Source: Thermotogota bacterium | GTDB taxonomy: Bacteria; Thermotogota; Thermotogae; Petrotogales; Kosmotogaceae | Length of the DNA: 64,000 nucleotides | Direction: 5' to 3' | Assembly: GCA_034660555.1 (NCBI GenBank) | Contig: JAYEJL010000165.1 | Coordinates: 42,109 to 106,108 of the forward strand | Shown here: positions 19,522-29,090 of the stretch, piece after piece | Numbering within the stretch: the first letter of the stretch is position 1 | Layout of the letters: each line of letters begins with the position of its first letter | Made by a program: the position numbers and the translations under genes | The notes under the pieces: model-generated | Seen by the model: the letters and a program-made list of their open reading frames with translations, nothing else | The model's database searches: none | Told to the model about the DNA's origin: nothing

Positions 19522-20745
19522 TCACTTTAACTCTTCTAAAATGACCTCCAGCCCTTTTTGCAACTGAATGTCTTTATCAAAATCAATATTGGCTTCGGTG
19601 GTAGTCATTCCTTCATTAGAATCGATTATAGTTTCTGTTGTATCAACAGTAATGTCAGGCAAAATACCCTTTAAATGAATGTCAGAACCATTTGGAGTTA
19701 GATAATGAGCTGTTGGCAACCAGATCTCGCTACCATTTGACACATCATATACAGTTTGAACAGCTGCTTTTCCAAATGTTGTTGTCCCTATAATCGTTGC
19801 CAGACTATGATCTTTGAGTGCACCGGTAAGGATTTCAGAACCTGAAGCACTTCCTTCGTTTATCAAAGTGACAATTGGTTTGTCTTTGAGATATTTAGCT
19901 GCATCACTGCCCCATGATCGATAGATCTCTTTGCTTCCATCTCTATCTTCTATCGTTATAACAGTCTTACCGGCAGGCAATAGAAGGCTGGATATATTCA
20001 GTACACTATTCAGTAAACCACCGGGATTGTCTCTCAAATCGATAATCAAACCATCAGAATCAACAACTTCTCTCAGAGCTCTTGCAAACTCGTTGTAAGT
20101 TGGCTTACTAAATTGCGTTATTCTTATATAACCGATCTCTGCGTCTTCGTAATCAAATTGTGAATATTTAACTGTCTTGATTTCAATCTTTGCCCTTACG
20201 ATGGTTATTATGAGTGGTTCTTCTAAATTATCCCTATAAACCTCTACCGTGACTTCTGTGCCAGGTTCACCTCTTAACAGATCTACCGATTTGTAATATC
20301 CAGTTTCCGCAACATCATGCCCATCTATAGTTACAATCAGGTCTCCTACTTTTAGTCCCGCCTTTCTGGCTGGAGAACCTTCCATCGGTGAAACCACTTC
20401 AAGACATTCATATTGAGAATTATATGTTACTACTGCTCCGATCCCACCATATTTGGATTCTGTGTCTATCTTGTTTTCTTGAGTCATTCTTGGTGTAAAA
20501 TACCATGCAAAGGGATCATCCAGCCCTTTCATCGTTCCAGTAAGGGTTTCGTTCAGTATGTTGTCGTAATCTACTTTATCAATATCATAATAATTGTCTT
20601 CTATATAATTTAATATTTCAAAAACTGGTTCAAATTTGTCTCTCTTTTCCTGGTCTGTCAGATCTTTAAAAGCTCCTAAAGCAAAAACAACCATCAGTAA
20701 TGATATTACAATTGAAATTCTTATTATGTTTCTCTTCATAGTCAA
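19522..20745 (-). CDS. S41-family carboxy-terminal processing peptidase (Ctp/Prc-like)
   Basis: 407 aa with an N-terminal anchor, a PDZ segment (GLKVGDLIVTIDG), the catalytic region GSASGSEIL and TTFGKA. Confidence 0.9.
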   Translation of the reverse strand: MTMKRNIIRISIVISLLMVVFALGAFKDLTDQEKRDKFEPVFEILNYIEDNYYDIDKVDYDNILNETLTGTMKGLDDPFAWYFTPRMTQENKIDTESKYGGIGAVVTYNSQYECLEVVSPMEGSPARKAGLKVGDLIVTIDGHDVAETGYYKSVDLLRGEPGTEVTVEVYRDNLEEPLIITIVRAKIEIKTVKYSQFDYEDAEIGYIRITQFSKPTYNEFARALREVVDSDGLIIDLRDNPGGLLNSVLNISSLLLPAGKTVITIEDRDGSKEIYRSWGSDAAKYLKDKPIVTLINEGSASGSEILTGALKDHSLATIIGTTTFGKAAVQTVYDVSNGSEIWLPTAHYLTPNGSDIHLKGILPDITVDTTETIIDSNEGMTTTEANIDFDKDIQLQKGLEVILEELK

Positions 20746-20892
20746 TCCTCCTCAAGTTTCTCTGAATCCATATCCAAAAAAACTACGTTCTTAGATATTC
20801 ACTAACTACAAATAAAATTCTTTCACTTAGACATAAGCTCTATTTTAGTTATTATTACCATTATACATTGTTGTGTTTTAATATCCTGATTT

Positions 20893-21162
20893 CTATATTC
20901 TTCTCAGGTTAATGAGATTCTCTATAAGTTCGTTTAGATTTGAAGTATCTCCTTTTTCATTTATTTCAAGAACACACTTTTTGGCATAGGTTTTGGCTAT
21001 CATTTCAGAAATCTTTGAAAGTGCTGATATCACTGCGGAAACCTGATTGAGTATATCCGTGCAAGTTCTATCTTCTTCAATCATCTTTTGAAGACCTCTC
21101 AGTTGTCCTTCGGCTCTTTTCAACCTGTTTATCACTTTTTTCTTGTCTTCCGGTTTTTGCAC
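20893..21162 (-). CDS. CsoR/RcnR/FrmR-family (DUF156) metal- or thiol-sensing transcriptional repressor
   Basis: 89 aa. Family signature INRLKRAEGQLRGLQKMIEEDRTCTDILNQVSAV. Ligand positions are C34 / Y59 / C63. Confidence 0.85.
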   Translation of the reverse strand: MQKPEDKKKVINRLKRAEGQLRGLQKMIEEDRTCTDILNQVSAVISALSKISEMIAKTYAKKCVLEINEKGDTSNLNELIENLINLRRI

Positions 21163-21180
21163 CGTGCATCACCTCGAATC

Positions 21181-22845
21181 TTAGTATTCGAATGTACTGC
21201 CTCCAATGAACTCCCTTAATATCGATGTTTTTGGTATTTCTTCGAAAACTGTTAACGGTAAAAAATAATCGATGAATCTTAATAATCTTTTCGCTTCTGT
21301 ATATTCCGGCTGTTTATTGTCAATTTGAACAAGTAATGGTTCTGCAAACATTTTTAAAACAGCCAGCTCGTAAATCAAAGCAGAATTAAACATCACATCA
21401 GCTTCTTCCTGGAATGGAAAGATATTCTCCTCTTCTCCTTTCCTTACATTTGCCCACATTCTTATGGTATTCTTTGCTGAATGTCCTCTAAATTTATAAT
21501 CCCTTACTATTCTTCTTAAAAGGCGAACATCTGTTGTAGGTATTCTGTTCATATCATCAAGATTCATTTGTGTTAAGGCACTTACATATATTTTATACTT
21601 TTTTTCTTTGGGTATTGAACTTGTCAACCTTTCATTCAAACCATGAATGCCTTCCACAATTATGAGTTGATCCTTTTCCAATCTGGTTGGTTTGTCACGG
21701 TATTCCCGTTTCCCAACCTTGAAATGATATTTTGGTAATATAACCTCTTTGCCCATCATTAAATCAGTCATATTTTTATTAAATAATTCCAGATCAAGTG
21801 CTTCAATAGATTCAAAATCGTAGTTCCCATTTTCATCCAGAGGTGTCTGATCCCTGTTAACAAAATAATCATCAATAGAAATCTGCAAAGACGATATACC
21901 AAGTACTTTTAAATGCAGCATAAGTCGTTTAGAAAATGTCGTTTTTCCAGAACTTGAAGGACCAGCAACGAGAACAAGATTTTTCTCTTTGTGTTTTACA
22001 AGTTCATCAGCTATTTGCGCAATTTTCTTTTCATGCAATACTTCTGCTATTCTTAGCAACTCTACAGCTTCACTGCCACCCTTTGCGATTATTTCGTTGA
22101 GTTCTCCAGCTGTTTTCACTCCAAGAATACTTCCCCACTGTTCATGTTCCATAAAAATTGAAGCCAGCTTTGGCAAGTCCTCAAATTCAGGTACTTCATT
22201 TGGAGAATCATTTGTTGGAAGATTCAAAATGAAATAATCACCATAGGGTATAAGGTCAAACCATTTCAGCACGCCTGTACTCATAGGCATATATCCATAA
22301 AAATAATTCACAAAACCATTACAATAATACGTATTAACGGTGCTCTTCTTTCTGTATTTGAAGAGCAAAGATTTTTCTCTCTGATAATCTTTTTCAAAAA
22401 AATCGGTGGCTTCAAATTTATCCATAGAATCCTTAATAAATCTCAGATCTCTCTTAACAAAATCATTCATAATTTCCTTTACTTTTTTCAGCAGGGTTTC
22501 ATCAACTGAATAATCCTTCAGCTCACAAACCAGGCCGGAACCAAGTGAATGATGTACATACAACTTCGCATCTTTGTATATTTTTCTAAAGGCCATCAGC
22601 ATTATGAAAAGAATCCCTCTGGTATAGATTCTTAATCCATCGGTAGTTGTTAGATCCAGAAAGTCTATTTTACCGCCCTTTAATATCGGCTTTCTCAGTT
22701 CAAAAAGTGTATTATCAATTTTTGCTCCCATAATTGGAGAATCAAAGTATTCCTGATATCTGGAAGTTATTTCATGAATTTTTGTTCCGTAAGGTATCTC
22801 TTCCTTTTTACCAGTTTTTTCAAAAAAAATCTCAACAGTTTTCAC
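21181..22845 (-). CDS. uridine-kinase/phosphoribulokinase-family nucleoside kinase with an N-terminal TGS-like domain
   Basis: The track ORF extends to 22881 with a TTG start. The GTG at 22845 lies 8 nt after AGGAGG and is preferred. P-loop AGPSSSGKTTFSKRL. The long N-terminal domain begins VKTVEIFFEKTGKKEEIPYGT. Confidence 0.75.
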   Translation of the reverse strand: MKTVEIFFEKTGKKEEIPYGTKIHEITSRYQEYFDSPIMGAKIDNTLFELRKPILKGGKIDFLDLTTTDGLRIYTRGILFIMLMAFRKIYKDAKLYVHHSLGSGLVCELKDYSVDETLLKKVKEIMNDFVKRDLRFIKDSMDKFEATDFFEKDYQREKSLLFKYRKKSTVNTYYCNGFVNYFYGYMPMSTGVLKWFDLIPYGDYFILNLPTNDSPNEVPEFEDLPKLASIFMEHEQWGSILGVKTAGELNEIIAKGGSEAVELLRIAEVLHEKKIAQIADELVKHKEKNLVLVAGPSSSGKTTFSKRLMLHLKVLGISSLQISIDDYFVNRDQTPLDENGNYDFESIEALDLELFNKNMTDLMMGKEVILPKYHFKVGKREYRDKPTRLEKDQLIIVEGIHGLNERLTSSIPKEKKYKIYVSALTQMNLDDMNRIPTTDVRLLRRIVRDYKFRGHSAKNTIRMWANVRKGEEENIFPFQEEADVMFNSALIYELAVLKMFAEPLLVQIDNKQPEYTEAKRLLRFIDYFLPLTVFEEIPKTSILREFIGGSTFEY

Positions 22846-22907
22846 ATTAGATACCTCCTGAAGACTGCTTGACACTAACAATCTATAATGCTAAAATCAT
22901 CATGTTT

Positions 22908-22983
22908 TGGGGTGTAGCCAAGCTGGTAAGGCATCAGAATTTGGATCTGACATCCGGAGGTTCGAGTCCTCCCGCCCCAGCCA
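22908..22983 (+). tRNA. tRNA-Gln (TTG anticodon), CCA encoded
   Basis: Hand-folded: U1-A72 acceptor TGGGGTG/CGCCCCA, anticodon stem TCAGA/TCTGA with loop ATTTGGA, T arm GGAGG-TTCGAGT-CCTCC, discriminator G and CCA. Closely resembles E. coli tRNA-Gln. Confidence 0.9.
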
Positions 22984-22995
22984 ATAAATAAAAAC

Positions 22996-23021
22996 AAGGT
23001 GGCTTAATGGCCACCTTTTTT
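22996..23021. terminator. bidirectional rho-independent terminator (tRNA-Gln on +, PPIase gene on -)
   Basis: AAGGTGGC-(loop)-GCCACCTT flanked by an A-rich tract (AAAAACAA) on one side and a T-run on the other. Confidence 0.7.
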
Positions 23022-23022
23022 A

Positions 23023-25143
23023 TTACTCTATCGTATCCGGCACATCGAGTTCTGGATTCATTTCATTATTCAAGTCCGAATCCAACTCAGTATCCATTTC
23101 AATATCCGTTTCCAGATCAGTGTCTGTGGTTTCTGTAGATTCTTCTGACGGTTTGTTTAATTCTTCCAGAACTAAAGTTATTCCATCAATCTGATCCTGT
23201 AATGCTTTATCTTCAGGCATTAATTCCTTTAATTCACGTAGATAACGTCTCTCAGCCATCATGTATAATTGAACTAAACTTTCTGATTGATCAAGATTCG
23301 ATAGTTTTTTATATGTATCTACAATGAGAAACAGTGCCGAGATTTTTGTGTCCGTTGATGCCTCAGTGCTTTCAATAATCTTTTGATTCAATTCTCTCTC
23401 CATTTGATTCAACGGATATTCAATCAAATAATTTCTTGCCCGATTGCCAAAATACTGCTGGTAATAGCTCAAATAGCTCTGGTAAGTAGAAGGATCGTTT
23501 ATTATTGGTTTCAGGTTCTGTTCATAGTAGTTTTCATAGTATCTATAAACAACCTTGGGATCATCAGGATCGATTTCATACATATATGTTATTACCTGTG
23601 GTGAATAGGGCATCTCTTCATAAAGGAATCTGACAACCTTTTCAAACCGTTTTTCAAAACGTTGCAGTTCTTCATCTACCTGTTCAAACATTTTTTGGGC
23701 TTCTTCTAATTCAGATATGCCAAGTTGGTTTTCATATTCAAACAGTGTCTGCGCATTTTGAAAGGTTGATAGTTCATTTCTATCATTACTTTCGTTCAAT
23801 TCCTGGATTTTCTCTTCAACTTCTTCTGGAGTCATTGCTAAAACAGTAGAAGGTAATGTTTCTCTGTATTCAATAATATCTGTCAATTTACTTTTTTTAT
23901 CTTCAATCTCTGATTTTTTATTATCTGTGATCTTTGTATAAAGCACTATTGGAAGATAACCTTCAGAAAGTACTATCTGACCATCTTCCATGAAGATTTC
24001 CTCTTCAAGGCTTTTATAAAAGTCGTTTAATTCTTTCTCAGATTCCTGGACCTTCTGGTATCTATCAAAAAGTTTCATCTCTGAATCATTAATTACATAA
24101 TCAAAATTGCTTTCTTCTTTGTATTCTTCAAACCATTCCTGAAACTTCTGAATCAGATAATCATTCTTCACATCAGAATATACAGAGGATAATTTTAGTT
24201 CCTCGAAATTGTCAAAAGTGGTTTTTGAAGCTACCCTTATTAAGTGATAACCATATTGTGTTTCAACAGGGCCAACAATTTCGTTAGGAGTTGCTGAAAA
24301 AGCAGCTTCTTCAAATTTCTCAACCATATCTCCTCTATGTATTTCTCCAAGACTGCCACCGGTCATGGCACTGTTTGTATCTATCGAAAAATCACTGGCA
24401 GCTGTACTAAAATCTAACTCTTTAGAAACAATCTTATCTTTTATTTCATTGGCAGTCGCTTCAGAAGACACAAGAATGTGACTTGCATTAACCACTTCGT
24501 ATTCTTTCTTTATATCATCTTTGTTTTCTTCAAAATACTCAGCAAGTTGTTCATCTACATCGGTGAATACATGATCTTTTACCTTGTTTACAAGTATTTG
24601 ACCGATAATTGTATCTTCAACCAGAGACCGAAATGCTTCTATGGAACCGTAAATACTTATAATTTGATTTCTCGTATTTTCATCTGAAGTATAATTGTTA
24701 ACAATTGAATCTGTTTGAGCGTCAAGTTCTTCCTGAGTGGGATAAATTCCTTCGTTCGCTGTGTAATATGTGAGTATCTTTTCTTCAATAAGGTTTTTCA
24801 GTACCATATGTCTTATTTCTATTTCACTTGGAACCTGTTGTGTGCCAAAATAGGCATTTACTTCCTGACCTTGCTGCCTTATATTGTCAATATTCTGTCT
24901 TGCCATTCGTTCAAATTCTGTTATGGTAACAAAATATCTTTCTTCTTCAAGAGGTGTTCCATCCTTTGTTAGATATGCAACAGAATTTTCATATGAGAGA
25001 GTTGTTTCAGGTTCTTCGTTACTCCGACCCCGACCTGTCAGATAGCTGGCAACAGACCACCAGATTACACCAGCTGCAAAAAGAATCGCTATCGTCCAGA
25101 TGATGGGTACCTGAATTTTCTTCATTAAACCTTTCCTTTTCAT
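23023..25143 (-). CDS. membrane-anchored parvulin-type peptidyl-prolyl isomerase (PpiD/SurA/PrsA-like) with an acidic C-terminal tail
   Basis: 706 aa with N-terminal TM IIWTIAILFAAGVIWWSV. Rotamase domain ASHILV...GGSLGEIHRGDMVEKFEEAAF...GYHLIRV. Confidence 0.8.
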   Translation of the reverse strand: MKRKGLMKKIQVPIIWTIAILFAAGVIWWSVASYLTGRGRSNEEPETTLSYENSVAYLTKDGTPLEEERYFVTITEFERMARQNIDNIRQQGQEVNAYFGTQQVPSEIEIRHMVLKNLIEEKILTYYTANEGIYPTQEELDAQTDSIVNNYTSDENTRNQIISIYGSIEAFRSLVEDTIIGQILVNKVKDHVFTDVDEQLAEYFEENKDDIKKEYEVVNASHILVSSEATANEIKDKIVSKELDFSTAASDFSIDTNSAMTGGSLGEIHRGDMVEKFEEAAFSATPNEIVGPVETQYGYHLIRVASKTTFDNFEELKLSSVYSDVKNDYLIQKFQEWFEEYKEESNFDYVINDSEMKLFDRYQKVQESEKELNDFYKSLEEEIFMEDGQIVLSEGYLPIVLYTKITDNKKSEIEDKKSKLTDIIEYRETLPSTVLAMTPEEVEEKIQELNESNDRNELSTFQNAQTLFEYENQLGISELEEAQKMFEQVDEELQRFEKRFEKVVRFLYEEMPYSPQVITYMYEIDPDDPKVVYRYYENYYEQNLKPIINDPSTYQSYLSYYQQYFGNRARNYLIEYPLNQMERELNQKIIESTEASTDTKISALFLIVDTYKKLSNLDQSESLVQLYMMAERRYLRELKELMPEDKALQDQIDGITLVLEELNKPSEESTETTDTDLETDIEMDTELDSDLNNEMNPELDVPDTIE

Positions 25144-25215
25144 AGCTCCAACTCCTTCCAGATTCTATTAAACTCATATAATGATATAACTTAATTAAAC
25201 CATTATCAACCAATA

Positions 25216-25247
25216 AGGGGAGGTCGCTGTTTAGCACTTCCTCCCCT
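25216..25247 (-). terminator. hairpin downstream of the GH57 gene
   Basis: AGGGGAGG-(16-nt loop)-CCTCCCCT. The trailing U-tract on the minus strand is weak. Confidence 0.4.
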
Positions 25248-25307
25248 GCAATGAACGATTATATCATAGCTATACTGCTAATTAAATATTCATTTTCTGT
25301 AATCCAC

Positions 25308-26906
25308 TTATATTTCCTTAGTGTAAACCCTAAAATCAATATCATCAAAGATGCTGTCGATCCACTCCAGTGTCTTGAGTTTATCTTCATCAATGTTGTC
25401 TTTTTCAAGTTCATTCTTCAGTTCTCTGAATCTATTAAGGTGTGTTTTAGTCTTGTTAACTGCATATTCTACTGTGGTTCCTGTAGTCATTATAAAAGCC
25501 CAGTCACTGGATTGAGCAAGCAACAATTCCCTGGCCATCTGATTTAGTACCCGTTCGTGTATACCATTTGCTTGATAATATTTACTTGCTAGATTTATCA
25601 TGTTTTCAGCTGCATTATCAAGATGCCTATAAATCCATCCATTACTCCCATTTAGCCAGACTTCGTTATAACCATTTGCACCCCATGTGGAAACCGCGGG
25701 AGTTACTATCTGAACGCTATCAATTGTATCTATGACTTCTCGAGGTGTATGTGGGTTCAACTCTTCAGCATCGTCCATTTCTCTGAACAGCTGTTCAATA
25801 AACAGCGGTCCTTCAAACCACCAGTGACCAAAAAGTTCAGCATCAAAAGGAGCTGTTATTACAGGTGCCACACCATCGAATTCTTCCAGCAGCTTCGTAA
25901 CCTGTTCTTTCTTCTTGTTGATAAAATCCCTTGCATGTTCCGTGACAGCTTCATGTGCTTCATCAATATCATATAGCTCCTTTGAATTAAGGTCATTTTC
26001 CTTTGATGTTATTTTATGATATTTTATTCCAGTATTACAGCGTTCCCCGCTTCCATCTATATAAGGTTTTATATAGTCTTCTTCTCTATCAAATCCAATA
26101 TCTCTATAAAACTCTCTATATCGTGAGTCTCCAGGATAACCAACATCAGCACTCCATACCTGCTGACTTGATTCGGGATCCCTGGCAAAAACAAAAACGC
26201 CTTCTTCTGTCATTACTGGTCTGTAAACACCATAAGCCGGAGCAGGATCGCCAAACCACAAACCATGAGAATCTACAAAGAAAAAGGAGAGTCCGTGTCT
26301 TTTAAGATATTTATCAAGACCAGGTTCATAACCACATTCAGCGAGCCAAATGCCATCTGGCTTTTGGCCAACATGTCTCTTATATGCATTAACGCCAACT
26401 TCTATTTGAGCATTAACATTTTGAGGTATATGCATCATTAAAGGCAATAAACCATGAGTTGCATTACATGTAATAATTTGTAGATTGCCTTTACTTTGAA
26501 AATGAGCAAATGCCTTTGTCAAATCACCATCAACAGCCTTGAAATGTTCCAGTATATCTTCATAATCTTCCCTATAGTACTTTGCCATCTTATGTTTTAG
26601 TGGATTCTCATCTTTCGTGCGTTCAACTTCTTTATCTGCAAGTTCAATGAGTTTGTTCATGTACTCCTCATACTTCCGCTTTAAATCTTTGTTTGCGAAC
26701 ATTTCCATTAACGGAGGCGTTATGCTCATCGCCAGTTTGAAATTTATACCATCCTTTTCCAGGCGTTCAAAGACTTTTAGAAGAGGTATGTATGTTTCTG
26801 TTATCCCTTCAAATAACCATCTTTCTTCCATAAATTGCGGGAAATCAGGATGATTGATAAATGGGAGATGAGCATGAAGCATCAGTATAAATTTCCCTTT
26901 ATTCAT
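25308..26906 (-). CDS. GH57-family 1,4-alpha-glucan branching enzyme
   Basis: 532 aa. The N-terminus FILMLHAHLPFINHPDFPQFMEERWLFEGITETYIPLL and the later WFEGP segment are typical of GH57 branching enzymes (Thermus/Thermococcus type). Confidence 0.85.
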   Translation of the reverse strand: MNKGKFILMLHAHLPFINHPDFPQFMEERWLFEGITETYIPLLKVFERLEKDGINFKLAMSITPPLMEMFANKDLKRKYEEYMNKLIELADKEVERTKDENPLKHKMAKYYREDYEDILEHFKAVDGDLTKAFAHFQSKGNLQIITCNATHGLLPLMMHIPQNVNAQIEVGVNAYKRHVGQKPDGIWLAECGYEPGLDKYLKRHGLSFFFVDSHGLWFGDPAPAYGVYRPVMTEEGVFVFARDPESSQQVWSADVGYPGDSRYREFYRDIGFDREEDYIKPYIDGSGERCNTGIKYHKITSKENDLNSKELYDIDEAHEAVTEHARDFINKKKEQVTKLLEEFDGVAPVITAPFDAELFGHWWFEGPLFIEQLFREMDDAEELNPHTPREVIDTIDSVQIVTPAVSTWGANGYNEVWLNGSNGWIYRHLDNAAENMINLASKYYQANGIHERVLNQMARELLLAQSSDWAFIMTTGTTVEYAVNKTKTHLNRFRELKNELEKDNIDEDKLKTLEWIDSIFDDIDFRVYTKEI

Positions 26907-27676
26907 AGAAACAACCTCCCACTTAAATGCTTAGAAAGGATTTTTAAGTACTCTTCAGAAGAGGGATTCCCCTGTATTGAAGAAACTCTGCTGGAACCAA
27001 TAAAGGCATTTTCTGTACTTGATCTCATGTGTGTTGGAGTCACCCTTCTTTTACTTTTACTGAGGTCAGCCCAGGTTTCATGTTTTCCATACTTCGGAAA
27101 ATTTCTTGGAGTAGATATAATGCTAGATATCATTATTCTTTGAAAACCTTCTTCATAATAACCGATTTCTACAACATAGTTGGCCCCGGCAAAATCGACT
27201 TCAAAATACCAGTTTCCAGGGTAAGAGTTTATTGAAGCCTCTTTTGTTAAATTGGCATTGTTGCCATCGAAAATTATATTTGTTACATCATGTAATCTAA
27301 GTTTGAGCTCGAATTTTTCAATCTTCTTTTTTGTATCAACTGAAAAATCCCAGTAGACATAAACCCATTGTGGATTTATGGGAAGAAGTACAATTTTGTC
27401 TTTTTTATAGCTATCTGGCAAATCATATGCTTCTGGTTTAGAATGAATTTCGTGCTTTTCTTCATGTTTCTTCAGAACAGTTCCACTTGATGGTACTTCC
27501 TTATAAGTTTCATTTTTTCCGTTATCTATTTCTTCTGCCTTTTTCTTCAAAATCTTCACAAGATCACGCTTTTTCATGGTTCTTCTAAGCTTTAGCCCCA
27601 GCGATTTAGCGAAACTCCTAAGTTCTTGTATTGTAGGTGAAGATTCCAAAAACTTGAGAATCTTCCTATTTTCCAC
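26903..27676 (-). CDS. DUF4912-like protein with an N-terminal Rho_N/SAP-like motif
   Basis: 257 aa with a GTG start after GGGAGGG. N-terminal LRSFAKSLGLKLRRTMKKRDLVKILKK and central PQWVYVYWDFS. Overlaps the GH57 gene start by 4 nt. Confidence 0.6.
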   Translation of the reverse strand: MENRKILKFLESSPTIQELRSFAKSLGLKLRRTMKKRDLVKILKKKAEEIDNGKNETYKEVPSSGTVLKKHEEKHEIHSKPEAYDLPDSYKKDKIVLLPINPQWVYVYWDFSVDTKKKIEKFELKLRLHDVTNIIFDGNNANLTKEASINSYPGNWYFEVDFAGANYVVEIGYYEEGFQRIMISSIISTPRNFPKYGKHETWADLSKSKRRVTPTHMRSSTENAFIGSSRVSSIQGNPSSEEYLKILSKHLSGRLFL

Positions 27677-27767
27677 CTTTTATCCCTCCCATTTATATGT
27701 GTTCCAATCATAACATTTAAAAATTAGAGTTTACCACTGCTAAGACTGAATTAATTATAATGATTCA

Positions 27768-29090
27768 TTATTTCTTTCGTTTGCTGTTATTTCCTTGCTT
27801 ATATAACCCAAATCGTTCTCGGTTATCAACTTTTTTTCTTTTCAACATATCCATAAGATATTTGGAAGCTTCTTCCAAGGGAATATTCTTTTGCTCACCA
27901 GAATTCATGTTCTTTATTGAAATCTCGCCAGACTTTATTTCATTTTCTCCTAATATTATTGAAATAGGGGTACCAATGCGAGAAGCGTGTTTCAACTTGT
28001 TACCTACATTTCTATTGACTACATCTACAAAAACAGAAAAATCCTTTTCTCTCAAATACTCAGCAATTTTAAAGGACTCCTTTTTTGCCATTTCATCAAT
28101 TGCAAGAACCGCGATATCAGGTTTTTCCTTGTTTTCAGGAGCAATCTCCTCTTTTTTGAGCAATAGAATTATTCTGTCCAGTCCAGCAGCAAAACCAACA
28201 GCTGGTACGCTTTTACCTCCTATTTGTTCAATGAGACAATCATAACGGCCTCCCCCAAGAATCTGATCCTGCCCTCCAAGCGTGTTTGATCTTATCTCAA
28301 AAGCAGTTTTTGTATAGTAATCAAGCCCTCTAACGAGTGATTCATCTATTGTAAAACTTATATCGTTTTCTTTCAGTAAATGAATGAGCTTATCGAAATG
28401 TTCTGAACACTCATCACATAAATAATCATGTATTGAGGGAGCTTTTTTCGCTATTTCTCTATCTTTGTCGCAATCCAGCAATCTTAGTACATTTGTCTCG
28501 TATCGTTTTTTACAGTCATCACAAATTTTGTCAAACTTTCCAGAATAATAGTTCTTCAGTGCTTTACGGTATTCAGGTCTACATTTTTCGCAACCAACAG
28601 AATTGATAAGTAGCTTAAAATCATTTATCCCCAGTGCTTTAACAAAGCTCACAGAAAAATCAATTATTTCAAAATCAGCTTCAGGATCCTCCGAACCCAA
28701 TGTTTCTATTCCAAACTGATGAAATTGCCTCAATCGCCCCGCCTGTGGTTTTTCATACCTGAACATTGGTCCCACATAAAAAAGCTTTAAAGGTGAACCA
28801 AAATTAATGAACCCATTTTCAATATAAGCTCTCGCTATACTTGCAGTACCTTCAGGTCTTAGCGTAATTGACCTTCCACCTTTATCTTCAAAGGTGTACA
28901 TTTCTTTTTGTACAACATCTGTATATTCTCCAACGCTTCTTTTGAAGAGCTGGGTTGCTTCAAAAATTGGGGTTCTAATTTCCTGAAACGCGTATTTTTT
29001 TGTTAAATCATAAATAATTTCCTCAACATAATGCCAGTAAGTTACTTCATCCATATATATATCCCTTGTGCCTTTTATTCTTCTGATCAT
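27768..29090 (-). CDS. hisS: histidine--tRNA ligase
   Basis: 440 aa. Class II motifs: IKGTRD, FRYEKPQAGRLRQFHQFG and GGGRYD. Carries a ~25-aa basic C-terminal tail. Confidence 0.95.
   Translation of the reverse strand: MIRRIKGTRDIYMDEVTYWHYVEEIIYDLTKKYAFQEIRTPIFEATQLFKRSVGEYTDVVQKEMYTFEDKGGRSITLRPEGTASIARAYIENGFINFGSPLKLFYVGPMFRYEKPQAGRLRQFHQFGIETLGSEDPEADFEIIDFSVSFVKALGINDFKLLINSVGCEKCRPEYRKALKNYYSGKFDKICDDCKKRYETNVLRLLDCDKDREIAKKAPSIHDYLCDECSEHFDKLIHLLKENDISFTIDESLVRGLDYYTKTAFEIRSNTLGGQDQILGGGRYDCLIEQIGGKSVPAVGFAAGLDRIILLLKKEEIAPENKEKPDIAVLAIDEMAKKESFKIAEYLREKDFSVFVDVVNRNVGNKLKHASRIGTPISIILGENEIKSGEISIKNMNSGEQKNIPLEEASKYLMDMLKRKKVDNRERFGLYKQGNNSKRKK

Noticed and set aside
22869-22889. TTGACA (22869-22874) + TATAAT (22884-22889) as a canonical promoter for tRNA-Gln
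   Set aside because: The spacer is only 9 nt, against the required 16-18 nt. Only the -10 hexamer is credible.
27760-28245. Long antisense ORFs: 27760-28245 (161 aa), 31896-32378 (160 aa), 47560-48156 (198 aa), 57944-58399 (151 aa), 61368-61958 (196 aa), 36524-36910 (128 aa), 30617-31027 (136 aa) and others
   Set aside because: Each lies wholly opposite a gene with strong family motifs (hisS, the response regulator, the ABC permease, the C69 peptidase, the oxidoreductase, groEL, trkA). Long stop-free antisense frames are a common codon-usage artefact. None has an RBS or recognisable motifs.
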